The translations under genes and the position numbers were made by a program. 64,000 nt of DNA, from the NCBI RefSeq assembly GCF_035594765.1, contig NC_085843.1, positions 260,935,971 through 260,999,970 on the forward strand, given 5' to 3'. Positions within the stretch are counted from its first letter, which is position 1. The number at the start of each line of letters is the position of its first letter. Below are positions 14,337 to 25,070 of this stretch, piece after piece. The notes beneath the pieces are model-generated. The model saw nothing but the letters and a program-made list of their open reading frames with translations. It was not told the DNA's origin and did no database searches. The stretch is from Anolis carolinensis. Taxonomy: Eukaryota.

Positions 14337-14594
14337 TTAGTTCAATTTCATAGACATGAAGAGGGAGTTGAAAGGGAAATGCCACACCTTTTGAACATTA
14401 GCTCCCACCCAAGCAATACAAAAGTCCCACCCAAACAATTCTTAGGCTGAGCCAGTGTCAAGTGAAAGACACCTAAGGTCATGCTGTAGTGCTCACTTTC
14501 CTGCATTTGCTGAAACACAAGTGGCTCAGTGCCTATATGTTTTTGAGTTTTTATATTTGTCACTACTCCATGGTACAAGGACTAGATACAATGA

Positions 14595-14666
14595 TATAGT
14601 AATCTGCTGTGAGTCCCCTCCGGGGTGAGAGAGAGCAGGATAGAAATATAGTAAATAAATAAATAA
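14595..14666 (+). mobile_element. L2-like LINE 3' tail
   Basis: gtgagtcccct..gggtgaga..(TAAA)n terminus; similar tails near 29904-30074 (+), 37331-37395 (-), 37572-37638 (+), 41881-41985 (-). Confidence 0.6.
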
Positions 14667-14698
14667 TATGGTATCCTTATGTAAAAAAAAAAAAAATT

Positions 14699-15016
14699 GA
14701 GCCCTGGTGGCAAAGTGCGTTAAAGCACTGAGCTGCAGACCGAAAGGTCCCAGGTTCAAGCCCCGGGAGTGGAGGGAGCGGCCGCTGTTAACTCCAGCTC
14801 CTGCCAACCTAGCAGTTTGAAAACATGCCAATGTGAGTAGATCAATAGGTACCGCTCTGGCGGGAAGGTAACGGCGCTCCATGCAGTCATGCCGGCCACA
14901 TGACCTTGGAGGTGTCTACGGACAACGCCGGCTCTTCGGCTTAGAAATGGAGATGAGCACCACACCCCAGAGTCAGACATGATTCGACTTAACGTCAGGG
15001 GAAACCTTTACCTTTA
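14699..15016 (+). mobile_element. Sauria SINE, near full length
   Basis: gagccctggtggcaaagtgcgttaaagc head, ACCTTT tail; TSD CCTTATGTAAAAAA (14675 and 15017), with the A-run expanded in the left copy. Confidence 0.93.
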
Positions 15017-16091
15017 CCTTATGTAAAAAATGGCATTTTTTGCGTAATCATTTGCTTTTCTCAAACCATTACACAAATACATAACCTGTGGATACAGAAG
15101 ACCAACTGTACTAGAATTCTTCTGCCAAGAAAATATTGTGCAACTAATATCTGTTTCATAGCCAGTGGCAGAGTTAAGGGAACACACAAATTTCTATACT
15201 GGCCTCATAGTAACCCCGTTCCAGGGCCTGCTCATGCTTCAGTAAAACCATGCGATCAGAAGTAGCTCATAAAATATCTCCAAAAATAGTCATTACTTTG
15301 AATGATATCTCCAGGTCTTCCAGCAGATGGTTACAACAGCTGAGCCATTGCAAAGGGACTAGGAGCTCAGCATTGTGAGGGAAGCAGCACCAGTTAGTCC
15401 AAAAGTAGCAGATGAGAAGCTAGTGTGTTGCCTTTGATCTCTAGCCAATGCCAAATCTATGTTAGAGTTCACTGCAACAGCTCAATGAACTCTAGCATAC
15501 GCTCTGTTTTCATGACCCACTTCTATAATTGCTCTCTCCCATCCAGCCACATACACATATATATAGGAGGAGCCAGTTCTAGAAAATTCATCTGTTATTT
15601 ATTCTGCTGTTTGTTTATTTATTTATTTATTTATTTATTCCCTTTATTCTGCTGTTTGTCTGGATGTCTTCCTATTTCCCCTGATATTCAGCTATCTGCT
15701 TTCTGCATCTCCATGTGCATGCACTGGTTTAAGAGCTTCAACTCCCACCAGGGATTATACAATGCTTAATATGATTTTAGTCCAAAAATTAATTTTGCAA
15801 TAGTAGGATTCATCACTAGATTGAAAGCTTGGAGAAGTTACTTTGTGGGCTACAACTCCCATGGTCCCTCAGACAAAGTAGCTACTTGGAGAATTCTAGG
15901 AGTTTTTTATTCAAAGGAGGATTTTTTTTTAAAAAATGAACTCTTTACATGAACCAGTAAAAAAGGAAACTGTCTTTGATCATATGCAAATCAGTTTTTC
16001 TTTAATATTAATACCTATAGCTGGAGGGACAGAAGTATCAGAAGTACTGCATTACAGAGAAGAAGATGGCAATACAATGTATATGTGTATT

Positions 16092-16386
16092 TATTTATTT
16101 ATCATATCAGAAGTGAATGTGAGGGTACAGTTGTAATGTATTTAGAAAAACAAACAAAGTTAAAAACTTGGCATTATACTTAATGTCTTTTGCCCAGAAT
16201 CTGGCCACTTGGAGAGCCTCTGGTGTTGCTATAAGAAGGTCCTCCATTGTGCATGTGGCAGGGTTCAGACCACATTGTAATAAGTGGTCTGTAGTTTGCT
16301 GTTCCCCACACTCGCATGTCTCAGACTCCACCTTGTAGCCCCATTTCTGAAGATTGGCTCTGCACATCGTGGTGCCAACTTGCAGC
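16092..16386 (-). mobile_element. 5'-truncated Vingi-like LINE 3' end
   Basis: ORF 16107..16481 contains KWGY...CECGEQQTTDHLLQC...CTMEDL (C-terminal Zn-finger-like region); (TAAA)n tail; TSD ATATGTGTATT (16081-16091, 16387-16397). Confidence 0.85.
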
Positions 16387-16764
16387 ATATGTGTATTAAC
16401 AGTATGGAGATATTGCATTCTCATTCTCAAAACAGAAATGGAAATGGGTATAATTTCATTAGGATAGTGCAAGCACAGCAAAAATTACTTCAGCTGATAT
16501 TTTATGGCTAAATTAAAATTGCAATATTTTGCTGTTCTGACCATGGTCACAAACCGCATGCTAAAGGGGAAAGGGCAGAAATAAAAAAATAGCATTGACA
16601 AATAAGTCTGGTGTTTGTAATGTCTGGCCTCTTTAGACACGGCAGCTATGTTCAGACAGTCATATCTTGACTTCTGAATGAGTGTGCACACAACTTCTTT
16701 TCTATCTCTCTTTGCTCTTGATTGAACTGCAATTTCTCATGTTTAGGAAAATACTTTGGGAAAC

Positions 16765-16967
16765 AGGGTTGTTGTATGTCTTTTGGGCTGTGTGGCCATG
16801 TTCCAGAAGTATTCTCTCCTGACGTTTCGCCCACATCTATGGCAGGCATCCTCAGGATGCCTGCCATAGATGTGGGTGAAATGTCAGGAGAGAATACTTC
16901 TGGAACATGGCCACACAGTCTGAAAGACATACAACAACCCTGTGATCCCGCCATGAAAGCCTTTGAC
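16765..16967. mobile_element. Penelope-like element pLTR fragment in inverted (palindromic) arrangement
   Basis: 90-bp inverted arms centred on 16853; 15-bp flanking direct repeat AATACTTTGGGAAAC (16750-16764, 16968-16982). Confidence 0.88.
16818..16855 (-). ncRNA. Minimal hammerhead ribozyme motif of a Penelope pLTR (core intact, stem I disrupted)
   Basis: CUGAGGA-U-GCCUGC-cauagau-GUGGGC-GAAA-C-GUC-AGG on -. Confidence 0.7.
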
Positions 16968-17626
16968 AATACTTTGGGAAACTTTGAGAAATTATGATTA
17001 ATGGCTTGGGAACAAGCCAAGATATTAGGCCAATTTCAAACCATAGTTTTGATTCTGAAACCATTAGTCATAGTTTCCCAGAAGAGCCGGTAATTTTCTT
17101 TGGGCAAAGGATGTTCACATTAGATACTGCTAAAACCCACGAAGGATGACATTTTCAATCGGTTTCTTCCCACTATGGACCTTTAATGGTTGCAGTCAAA
17201 GTTCCCCCAGCCAAATTTTGGTTAGAACTGTTGTGTCTCAGGATGCAAGAGAATATGTATGATTAATGGGCACTTATTTGCTGGCGTATTCAGAAGAATT
17301 AGTTAAGAGACTTCATGCACAGCCAAAAGACTAAGCATATTTAGGTCACAATATGATCATCTGAAAACAATAGCTAAATTACTGTACGACACCTTGGTAT
17401 GTTACATAATAATATTTTTTTAAAGCCTAGATAGTGGTGATTTATCAGGATGACTGTAATGCTGTCTTGCTAGGTAATTGTGCAAATAACTAAAGTGCTG
17501 ATATAGGAAAGTACAAACCAGAAAACAAAATACACACTTATTAGGTCAGGCTGGCAGTGATCAACATGCCTTGTTCAAAAACATTTATTCTGGATTGTGA
17601 AATTGTTGTTTTTCTTTTCTCTGCAG

Positions 17627-17671
17627 AGCGGAGGTGATTTTGGGAAACATAATAAAAAAGAAAGGTTGGAG
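17627..17671 (+). CDS. KCNAB1: KCNAB1 coding exon (45 nt; AEVILGNIIKKKGW(R))
   Basis: polypyrimidine tract plus ctgcag acceptor, gtaatg donor; Kv-beta sequence. Confidence 0.96.
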
Positions 17672-18296
17672 GTAATGCAAAGATTAAAGCATTCAGCTCT
17701 CTTGATACCCACTTTGTGTTCATAGTAGAATCGAGAGTGCTAAATTCAGACTCACAGGTCTCTTGTGAAACTCTCGCCTTTCCTCATCAAGGCTTTGTGA
17801 AATTGTTCTGAAATCCAGGCCCAGTGCCAGGCTCTCATTGAGATTCTTCTGGTTTTCCAACCAAAGACAGTAAAAGTTTTTCACTTTCAGCTGAACTAAC
17901 TTGTTCTGGTGCTGCATGGAAGAAAATGACTTGGGGATACTTTGCCCCACAGGGGACCTGTCTACCCACTGCCTTGGTGTATTGCCTCAATGCCTAATAC
18001 TAATTGTGAGAAGTTGAGGTTGGTGACAGGTGGACACTAGGGAACAATATTTTATGGTTGAAAATGCTTTTTTTCCCCAAGTTCCATCAGAGTTTAGAAA
18101 GTCTCTCTTCTTTTCTTTTCTTTTCTTTTTTCTTCTCTTTTCTTTTCTTTTCTTTTTGGGTCACAGCTTCTACAACCTCCATTTAATGTGGGCTGTACTA
18201 AGGTTCTTGTATATTTTGTGGTTACTAATGTTGACATTTGCTTCATAATATGCTTCACAACAAAACTGAATTCTTAACTTTTTTTTTTTTGTCTAG

Positions 18297-18341
18297 GAGG
18301 TCAAGTCTAGTCATTACGACAAAACTCTACTGGGGAGGAAA
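18297..18341 (+). CDS. KCNAB1: KCNAB1 coding exon (45 nt; RSSLVITTKLYWGG(K)), with the catalytic Lys
   Basis: T-tract plus gtctag acceptor, gtaagt donor; TTKLYWGG matches the Kv-beta1 sequence as I recall it. Confidence 0.97.
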
Positions 18342-18782
18342 GTAAGTTTATTTTGTAATCCCTATGTTCTAGAAAACAGTTATTGGTATGTCCGTGTCCC
18401 TCTGGACAGCTTACACAAAGAGTGCCACAGCAACACTGGGGAATCATAATATCCAAACTGTGGATGAAATGGGAAGCGAGCATTTGGGCCATGTTTGTGT
18501 GTGCTTTCAAGTTTTGTGTTGACTTATGGGGATCCAATAGGGTTTTCTTAGGCAAGGAATAGTCAGAGGTGGGTTTTCTAGTTCTTCTGAATTACAGTCT
18601 ATTGTAGACAAGAATTCATTGACATTCTCCCATCTAAGTACTAAATAGGGCTAACCCTGCAAAACCACATCTGCGTATTCCTTGCCTAAGAAAACTATGA
18701 AATTCTTGGGTTGCTATGTCAATAAGTGATCTGAATGCACAAATATACACATTGTATTTCATGTATAATATGGAGAAGTGGG

Positions 18783-18792
18783 AATAATAATA

Positions 18793-18837
<45 letters not shown>
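18783..18837. repeat. (AAT)n microsatellite
   Basis: seen directly. Confidence 0.95.
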
Positions 18838-18838
<1 letters not shown>

Positions 18839-19358
18839 ATATTAGATAATGTTTAACCTCAAGGCTAATTCATTCATGGGCATGTGAGCAGATGGCTTGC
18901 TACAGTGAGAGCAAATCAAAAAGCCCATCTTGTTTAAAATACCTGAGGCCACTGCACATGCTCACTCACTCATTCTCTCTCTCCTGCCCAAAATTGGCTA
19001 AATAAAAGGCATTTTTTCCTCCCTCTGTCACATGAATGCTGTACACATTTTTTTCTGGCTAAAATTACCTCTGATGTGCTGAATCAAGCCTTTGAACTGA
19101 AGGCTGAATTATTCAAAGTTGAACAGGCCCCGCTGAAGAAAATTCTTCACCCATCTTAAACAAAAGAAAACAATTGCCTAGTGACTGTCACTGTGCAAAA
19201 TAAATTACTGCCTATTGTTGAAAGAATGCTGAGCATGGAACTGAGGAAATGAATACAAGCTGGTCACATACCCTCCAACATTTTGCAGGTAAAAACAGAG
19301 TATCTGACCAAGCAACATCAGAGTATAGTCAAAATGGGGGAAAGTGTTAAGAAATAAT

Positions 19359-19485
19359 GTCTTATCGAAGGCTTTCATAGCCAGAATCACAACCTCTGAG
19401 GATGCCTGCCATAGATGTGTGCAAAACGTCAGGAGAGAATGCTTCTGGAACATGGCCATACAGCCCAGAAAACTCACAGCAACCC
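19359..19485 (+). mobile_element. Penelope pLTR fragment with a short inverted 5' piece and a degenerate hammerhead
   Basis: cctCTGAGGAtgcctgccatagatgtgtgcAAAAcgtcagg. Confidence 0.8.
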
Positions 19486-19670
19486 TATTAAGGAAAATTG
19501 TGGTCTCTCCACATTTGTAGTTTAAACATTTGCAAATTTGGTTATTCATTGATTTAATTTAAAATGTTATCTCTGAAGATATCTAGGTTTTGCAGTTTGA
19601 CACTATGTTTAACTCCCTCCAGTATTGCTGGAGGACCTGGAGATTTCTAGAGAACACCTCTGTAGGAATA

Positions 19671-20066
19671 TGTATTGTCAAAGGCTTTCATGGCCGGAAT
19701 CACTGGGTTGCTGTGAGTTTTCCAGGCTGTATGGCCATGTTCCAGAAGCATTCTCTCCTGACGTTTTGCACACATTTATGGCAGGCATCCTCAGAGATTG
19801 TGAGGTATATTGGAAACTAGAAAAGGAAGGTTTATATATCTACAGAAGATCCAGAGTGGGAGAAAGAACTATTGTCTGTTGGAGGCAAGCGTAAGTGAGA
19901 CACCTGGACACAGCATATTATCTGAGAATACAGAAATGCTGGACCACTCTAACAAACACTATGTCAGACGACACAGAGAAAACACTGAAATCTGCAAGCA
20001 TGTGGGCAATTTCATCAGAAAGGAGGAAACAATGAAAATGAACAAAATCAGGCTACCAGTTTTAAA
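19671..20066. mobile_element. Penelope element: inverted pLTR (about 19671-19896, -) joined to the GIY-YIG C-terminal coding remnant (about 19899-20066, +)
   Basis: ORF 19810..20157 contains GHSILSENTEMLDHSN...RHRENTEI.KH..NF.RKE, typical of the Penelope endonuclease end. Confidence 0.85.
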
Positions 20067-20068
20067 TA

Positions 20069-20376
20069 CAGTAGAGTCTCACTTATCCAACATTCTGGAT
20101 TATCCAACACATTTTTGTAGTCAATGTTTTCAATGCATCATGATATTTTGGTGCTAAATTTGTAAATACAGTAATTACTACATAGGATTACTGTGTATTG
20201 AACTACTTTTTCTGTCAAATTTGTTCTATAACATGATGTTTTGGTGCTTAATTTGTATAATCATAACCTAATTTGATGTTTAATAGGCTTTTCCTTAATC
20301 TCTCCCTATTATCCAACATATTCACTTATCCAACATTCTGCCAGCCAGTTTACTTTGGATAAGCGAGACTCTACTG
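20069..20376. mobile_element. Tc1/mariner (pogo/Tigger-like) MITE inserted in the Penelope remnant
   Basis: TIRs CAGTAGAGTCTCACTTATCCAA / TTGGATAAGCGAGACTCTACTG; TA TSD; near-identical copy at 36844. Confidence 0.9.
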
Positions 20377-21797
20377 TACTCTAAAGTAAGCAGAAGAACT
20401 GATGGGAGAAGGCTTTCTTTATAGTGGTTTAGAGCAAACCAACCCAATTTCATCTTTCTTCTGTTCAGACATACAAAGCTATTTGAAAATCAGTGCCGGA
20501 AATACCTTGTTTGTGGTGTCCTCCCCCCCCCCCCTTTCCCTTTTATTTCTTGGATAGAAATAAAGTATAGACGTGGTATTGAATCTGGACCAACAGGAAA
20601 CACAGGCAAATAGGGAAAATATGAGGACTGCCTTGACCAAGGTTTTCTAAATGAAAAGAAGAGAAATCCCTATTTTCTCTCACTCTATAGTAATCCCTGA
20701 GGCATCTGGCAAAGCCAAAGATAATCCAAATGATTTTTCTGCTTAGAGTACAGTCCGCAATTGAGACCAATCCTCTTTTCAACTGTGTTGCATTCAGGCC
20801 AGGGAAAAGAATGAGCACAAACAGCAGCAACAACCACAATCGCAAAAACAAAGCTTGCCCAAAGTGCATGCTAATGAAGTCCAAAGTGATCAAATGGATG
20901 TGCATTTTCCTAACAGCTAATAGAGAATAAAAAAGACAACCCCTGCCTTTTTTCCTGCTTTAGGTGACAGTGGGCTTTTGATACCAGCCCCTAACTATGC
21001 AAAAGAACAAATTTCTCTTCTTTGATTTCTAAGACTGCTGCTAATTAGTTTGAAGTTTTTCTTCTGATAAAACAAGGGGAAATTTTAGTTTTGAACACAG
21101 CCAGCATGCCAAATATCCTTTGAAACTGTCCCTGTTAAGTTGCTTGTTAGGCTTTATGGCTCCCAATTTACAGTTTTGGTTCCCATTTAATATTGCACAC
21201 ACTCACAAAATGAAAGACATAGATGTCAGTGGCAAAAATAAAAAATAAACCCATTTATTTTAAAGTATTAGACTTTGTCTATTTTCAACATTATGTCAAA
21301 ATCGTGAACATTAAAGATGGAGGAGAAGAAAAGTTTCACAGAAAAGTAAGACAAATTGGTATTCATCTGAACCCAAGGAGACTCATGTTAGATCCATGAG
21401 ATTTTTGTTTGATTGATTTTTATTCCCTATCTCCCAAATGGAACTCCCAATATAAGTTAAACCAAAATGCCTGTATATATATCCCCAAAGTCTAGAAAGC
21501 AGTAAAACATCAATTCAATGTAAGCAGAACTTTTCAGCCGTTAACTTAAAACCATCTAAAACACATGAAATAGTGCGCATATTATAAACAGCACACTGAA
21601 TTGGATGTTCCGCCACCTTAACCAGTTGAGGCTGAAGAACACACACGCACACACACACACACACACGCAGACTTCTCAGGAATTTGCACCATTCATAGAT
21701 GTCTATACCGTAGGAGATCCTGAATTTAGGATGGTCAGAGGGTCCCTAGAAAACCCACCTTACCTTCCAAACCACCCAGAATTTCCACTACCCCCCC

Positions 21798-22188
21798 AAA
21801 TCTGGCTATCAGTATTAAAAAATATCTAAAATCAGGACAGTAAATAAAGAACGACACTCAGAAAACAGGGAAATTCCAAACAGGAAACAATCAGGGCCAG
21901 CTAACACCTCCTAACAAAGGATTCCCCTGGCAGGAAGCAGCCAGGCTTTGAAGCTGCAAGGCTATTCAATGCTAATCAAGCTGGCTAATTGCAACATTCA
22001 CACTGACCTCAAACAGACAAGAGTTCTTTCTCCCACCCTGGACATTCCACAGATCTATAAACCCCACTTGCCTAGTCTTCAACAGACTTCACAACCTCTG
22101 AGGATGCCTGCCATAGATATGAGTGAAATGTCAGGAGAGAATGCTCCTGGAACATGGCCATACAGCCCGGAAAACTCACAGCAACCCA
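21798..22188 (+). mobile_element. Penelope 3' region/pLTR with a decayed hammerhead motif (about 22095-22135)
   Basis: reverse-complement similarity to 19705-19896; cctCTGAGGA...GAAAtGTCagg. Confidence 0.85.
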
Positions 22189-22809
22189 TCTGGGGTATTA
22201 TTTGACCACATCCATGCCCTCTCTTCCACAGTGGATCTTAGGGCCCCAGCCTCTTTAAAGTTGCTTATTCCTATCCTAAATTGTTATCAGAAAAGATACT
22301 AATATATTCATTTCTTTATTAGTGAGTTACTGTTCGTATGGTTGTTCCTTTCAGTAGAAGTCTTTTGTTGAGAGTTTCATATATGTGAGAAGTTTTACAG
22401 CGGCCCCCTAAGGAGCCTGTTGCAGGCAAGGGGATTTTGACCAATCAATACTAAGGAACTGTTACAATCATGCTGTCAGTTCTGATTCATTCTTCTGCTT
22501 GACTTGTGTTCCAATGCAGCTAGTGAACCATGAATTATGAAAATCTGATTGTTAAATTAAAGTTAACTGTTTCTTAGGAGTTTACTGGTACAGCCACAAA
22601 GAACATTTCTTAAAAGAGCTGCAGGAAATCAGTATACCGGTAGAGAGTTCTGAGTATGTGTCTAATACACCCGGTTTAATGCTTTACTAAGTTAAATTGG
22701 TTTGCAAAGTGTTGCACGAGACTGTGTTGACCAAATAACATACTTGCAAGTCTAAGAACATGAAAGCAGAATCTCACATGAAAAAAGTGTGCATTTTTTG
22801 TCTTTGCAG

Positions 22810-22853
22810 AGCTGAAACAGAAAGAGGACTCTCAAGAAAACACATTATTGAAG
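22810..22853 (+). CDS. KCNAB1: KCNAB1 coding exon (44 nt; AETERGLSRKHIIE(G))
   Basis: tttgcag acceptor, gtattt donor; GLSRKHI motif. Confidence 0.97.
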
Positions 22854-23218
22854 GTATTTATCAGTGGTCAGGCTCCTGTTATCAGTTTATACTTAGCTAA
22901 GTATGTAACTATGTAACTTATCCCAACCAGACCCCTCTAAATCTGTCAGAAACATAACTTAGCCATGGTCTGATTCTCAACAAAATTGACTTCTCCCTCC
23001 CTGTGTAGATGATGCCCAGTTGTGTGCAAGTTGTGACACTTGCCTTCTCCCTATCAGGCATCAGCTGTGTGGGGAGAAACAGATCCATTTGACCAATGAT
23101 GGGAATATGACTAAATTATGGCTCTGACAGGTTTGGAAGGGGTGAGTCAGGAGAAGTTACATACAGAAGGCTCTCCGTATCCATAGATTCTGTATTTTTG
23201 GATGTAACTATCCATAGC

Positions 23219-23470
23219 AGGAGCCCCCGATGGCTCAGTGAGTTAAACCCTTGTGCCAACAGGACTGATGACTTGAAGGTTGGGTTGCTGACCTGAAGGT
23301 TGCTGGTTCGAATCCAACCTGGGGAGAGCGCAAATGAGCTATCTCTATCAGCTCCAGCTCCATGTGGGGACATGAGAGAACCCTCCCACAAGGATGGTAA
23401 AAACATCAAAAAACATCTGGGTGCCCCCAGGCAACGTCCTTGCAGATGGCCAATTCTCAATGGAAAAAAA
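23219..23470 (+). mobile_element. Anolis-type tRNA SINE nested in an old TA-flanked DNA transposon (about 23164-23645)
   Basis: ggagcccccgatggctcagtgagttaaacc head; TSD ATCCATAGC (23210-23218, 23474-23482). Confidence 0.85.
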
Positions 23471-23797
23471 ACCATCCATAGCTTGAAAATATATATTTAA
23501 AAATACAAAAAGCAAACCTTAATTTTGTTATTGATATAAGGCACAACATTTTGATATATCATTGTATTTACTGAGGCTTGAGCATTTATAGATTTTGGTA
23601 TCAAAATCTGGAACCAAATCCCAATGGATATGAAAGTTCCACTGTAATGAAGTATTTAGGGATAAGTTGAAATAGAATTCTGGCCATAAATAACATTCTG
23701 TGTTTATGATTGTTCAGTCTGTTTTGTATATAAATTCCACATATAATTTGGTGTTAAATCGTAATTCTGTTATACTACACAATTATACCACTGTCAC

Positions 23798-24007
23798 AGT
23801 CAGCCCTCCTATCCATAGATTCTGCACTAATGGATTCAACCACCCATGGATTGAATTAAAAAAAAAAGTCTTGATTTTGTCATTTTATATAAGTGTCTCC
23901 GTTTTATTATGCTACTATATATATAATGGGGTTTGAGCGTTGATGGATTTTGATATCCAAGGGGAGTCCTGGAGCCCAACCCCAGCAGATACCAAGGGCT
24001 GACTCTA
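23798..24007. mobile_element. Old Tc1/mariner-like MITE
   Basis: degenerate TIRs cagtcagccct / agggctgactc; similar to 23164-23645 and 30700-30895. Confidence 0.5.
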
Positions 24008-24983
24008 TTCCAGTTTGATTGCCATGAGCTTCATAGTCTGATGAGGCAGCAGAGCTCTCTGGCTGGGACTTCTCAATGCCCTTCCCTAAACCCCTAATCC
24101 AAGGATTCCATAGGATGGATCCCTGTCAATAATAGTTGAATCATAGTGCTATAATTGTGTAGTATGGAAAGGCCTCCAATAGTGTTATACCACTGCAGTA
24201 TGAACAGCTCAGCTTGAGATACCATCAGATCTTTTCTGATGACTTCAGAATTAAGAGAAGATACATAGGAAGGTGCTATATATCAGACAAGGAATGAGTG
24301 AGAATTTTAATTGGCTTTTATACAGTATAATAGTTTCCAACAAATTATTAATTGATGATGACAAATTTGCCAATTCAAGTCAAAACATTTAGAGTGTTTA
24401 GTTTTCAAAGGTCTGGATTCGACTCTCTGTTCATTCAGCCACATTTCTGTAGGAATGCTGCTTCTTCTTGATACCAGTCATGCTCTTTATCTTTGTCATG
24501 GCAGGCAGCCAGAACATGGGAATGGCTGTACCTGTACTTGTTTTTGATAGGATTGCACTGACATTTCCAGTTTTAGTGGGTCCCTAAATGTCACGTCTTA
24601 ATTATGTGAAATAAGGGAAGAACAGCATACCATGGTTGGTTATGGGGGAGGAAATGATGCACAGACACAAAAATTCATCCTGGCATCATTTTGATTTAAA
24701 ATATTCCAAGAGAAAATGTGTGCTCTGAGCATTGTCCCCCATAGCAGTGGTTTGACAGGGACAATGAGATACCACTGTTTCCTGCAATTCAAGTTTCAAT
24801 TTAATTAAACAAAGACAACCTAAGCCTGTACTTGATTATTTTTAGTAAACTGTATAGCTTCTCTTCTCTGCTGTACATTTGGAAATTATTCAGCCCCAAT
24901 ATATTTCCAAGCTGCCAGATTCCCTGGCATGTGCTTCACGCCTCCTTTTGAATCTTTCTAAAGCTCCTGTATTTTACTTCCAG

Positions 24984-25070
24984 GATTAAAAGCCTCTCTC
25001 CAGAGGCTGCAGCTTGAGTACGTGGATGTCGTTTTTGCAAATCGACCTGACAATAATACTCCAATGGAAG
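24984..25070 (+). CDS. KCNAB1: KCNAB1 coding exon (87 nt; [28 protein letters not shown](E))
   Basis: ttccag acceptor, gtgagt donor; AKR motif [11 protein letters not shown]. Confidence 0.97.

Noticed and set aside
14699-14770. tRNA gene
   Set aside because: The A/B boxes belong to a SINE head; no complete cloverleaf
20066-21830. One Penelope element split by a 1.4-kb insertion
   Set aside because: The two pieces overlap by about 25 nt and the intervening DNA shows no TE ends or TSD; independent insertions are equally likely
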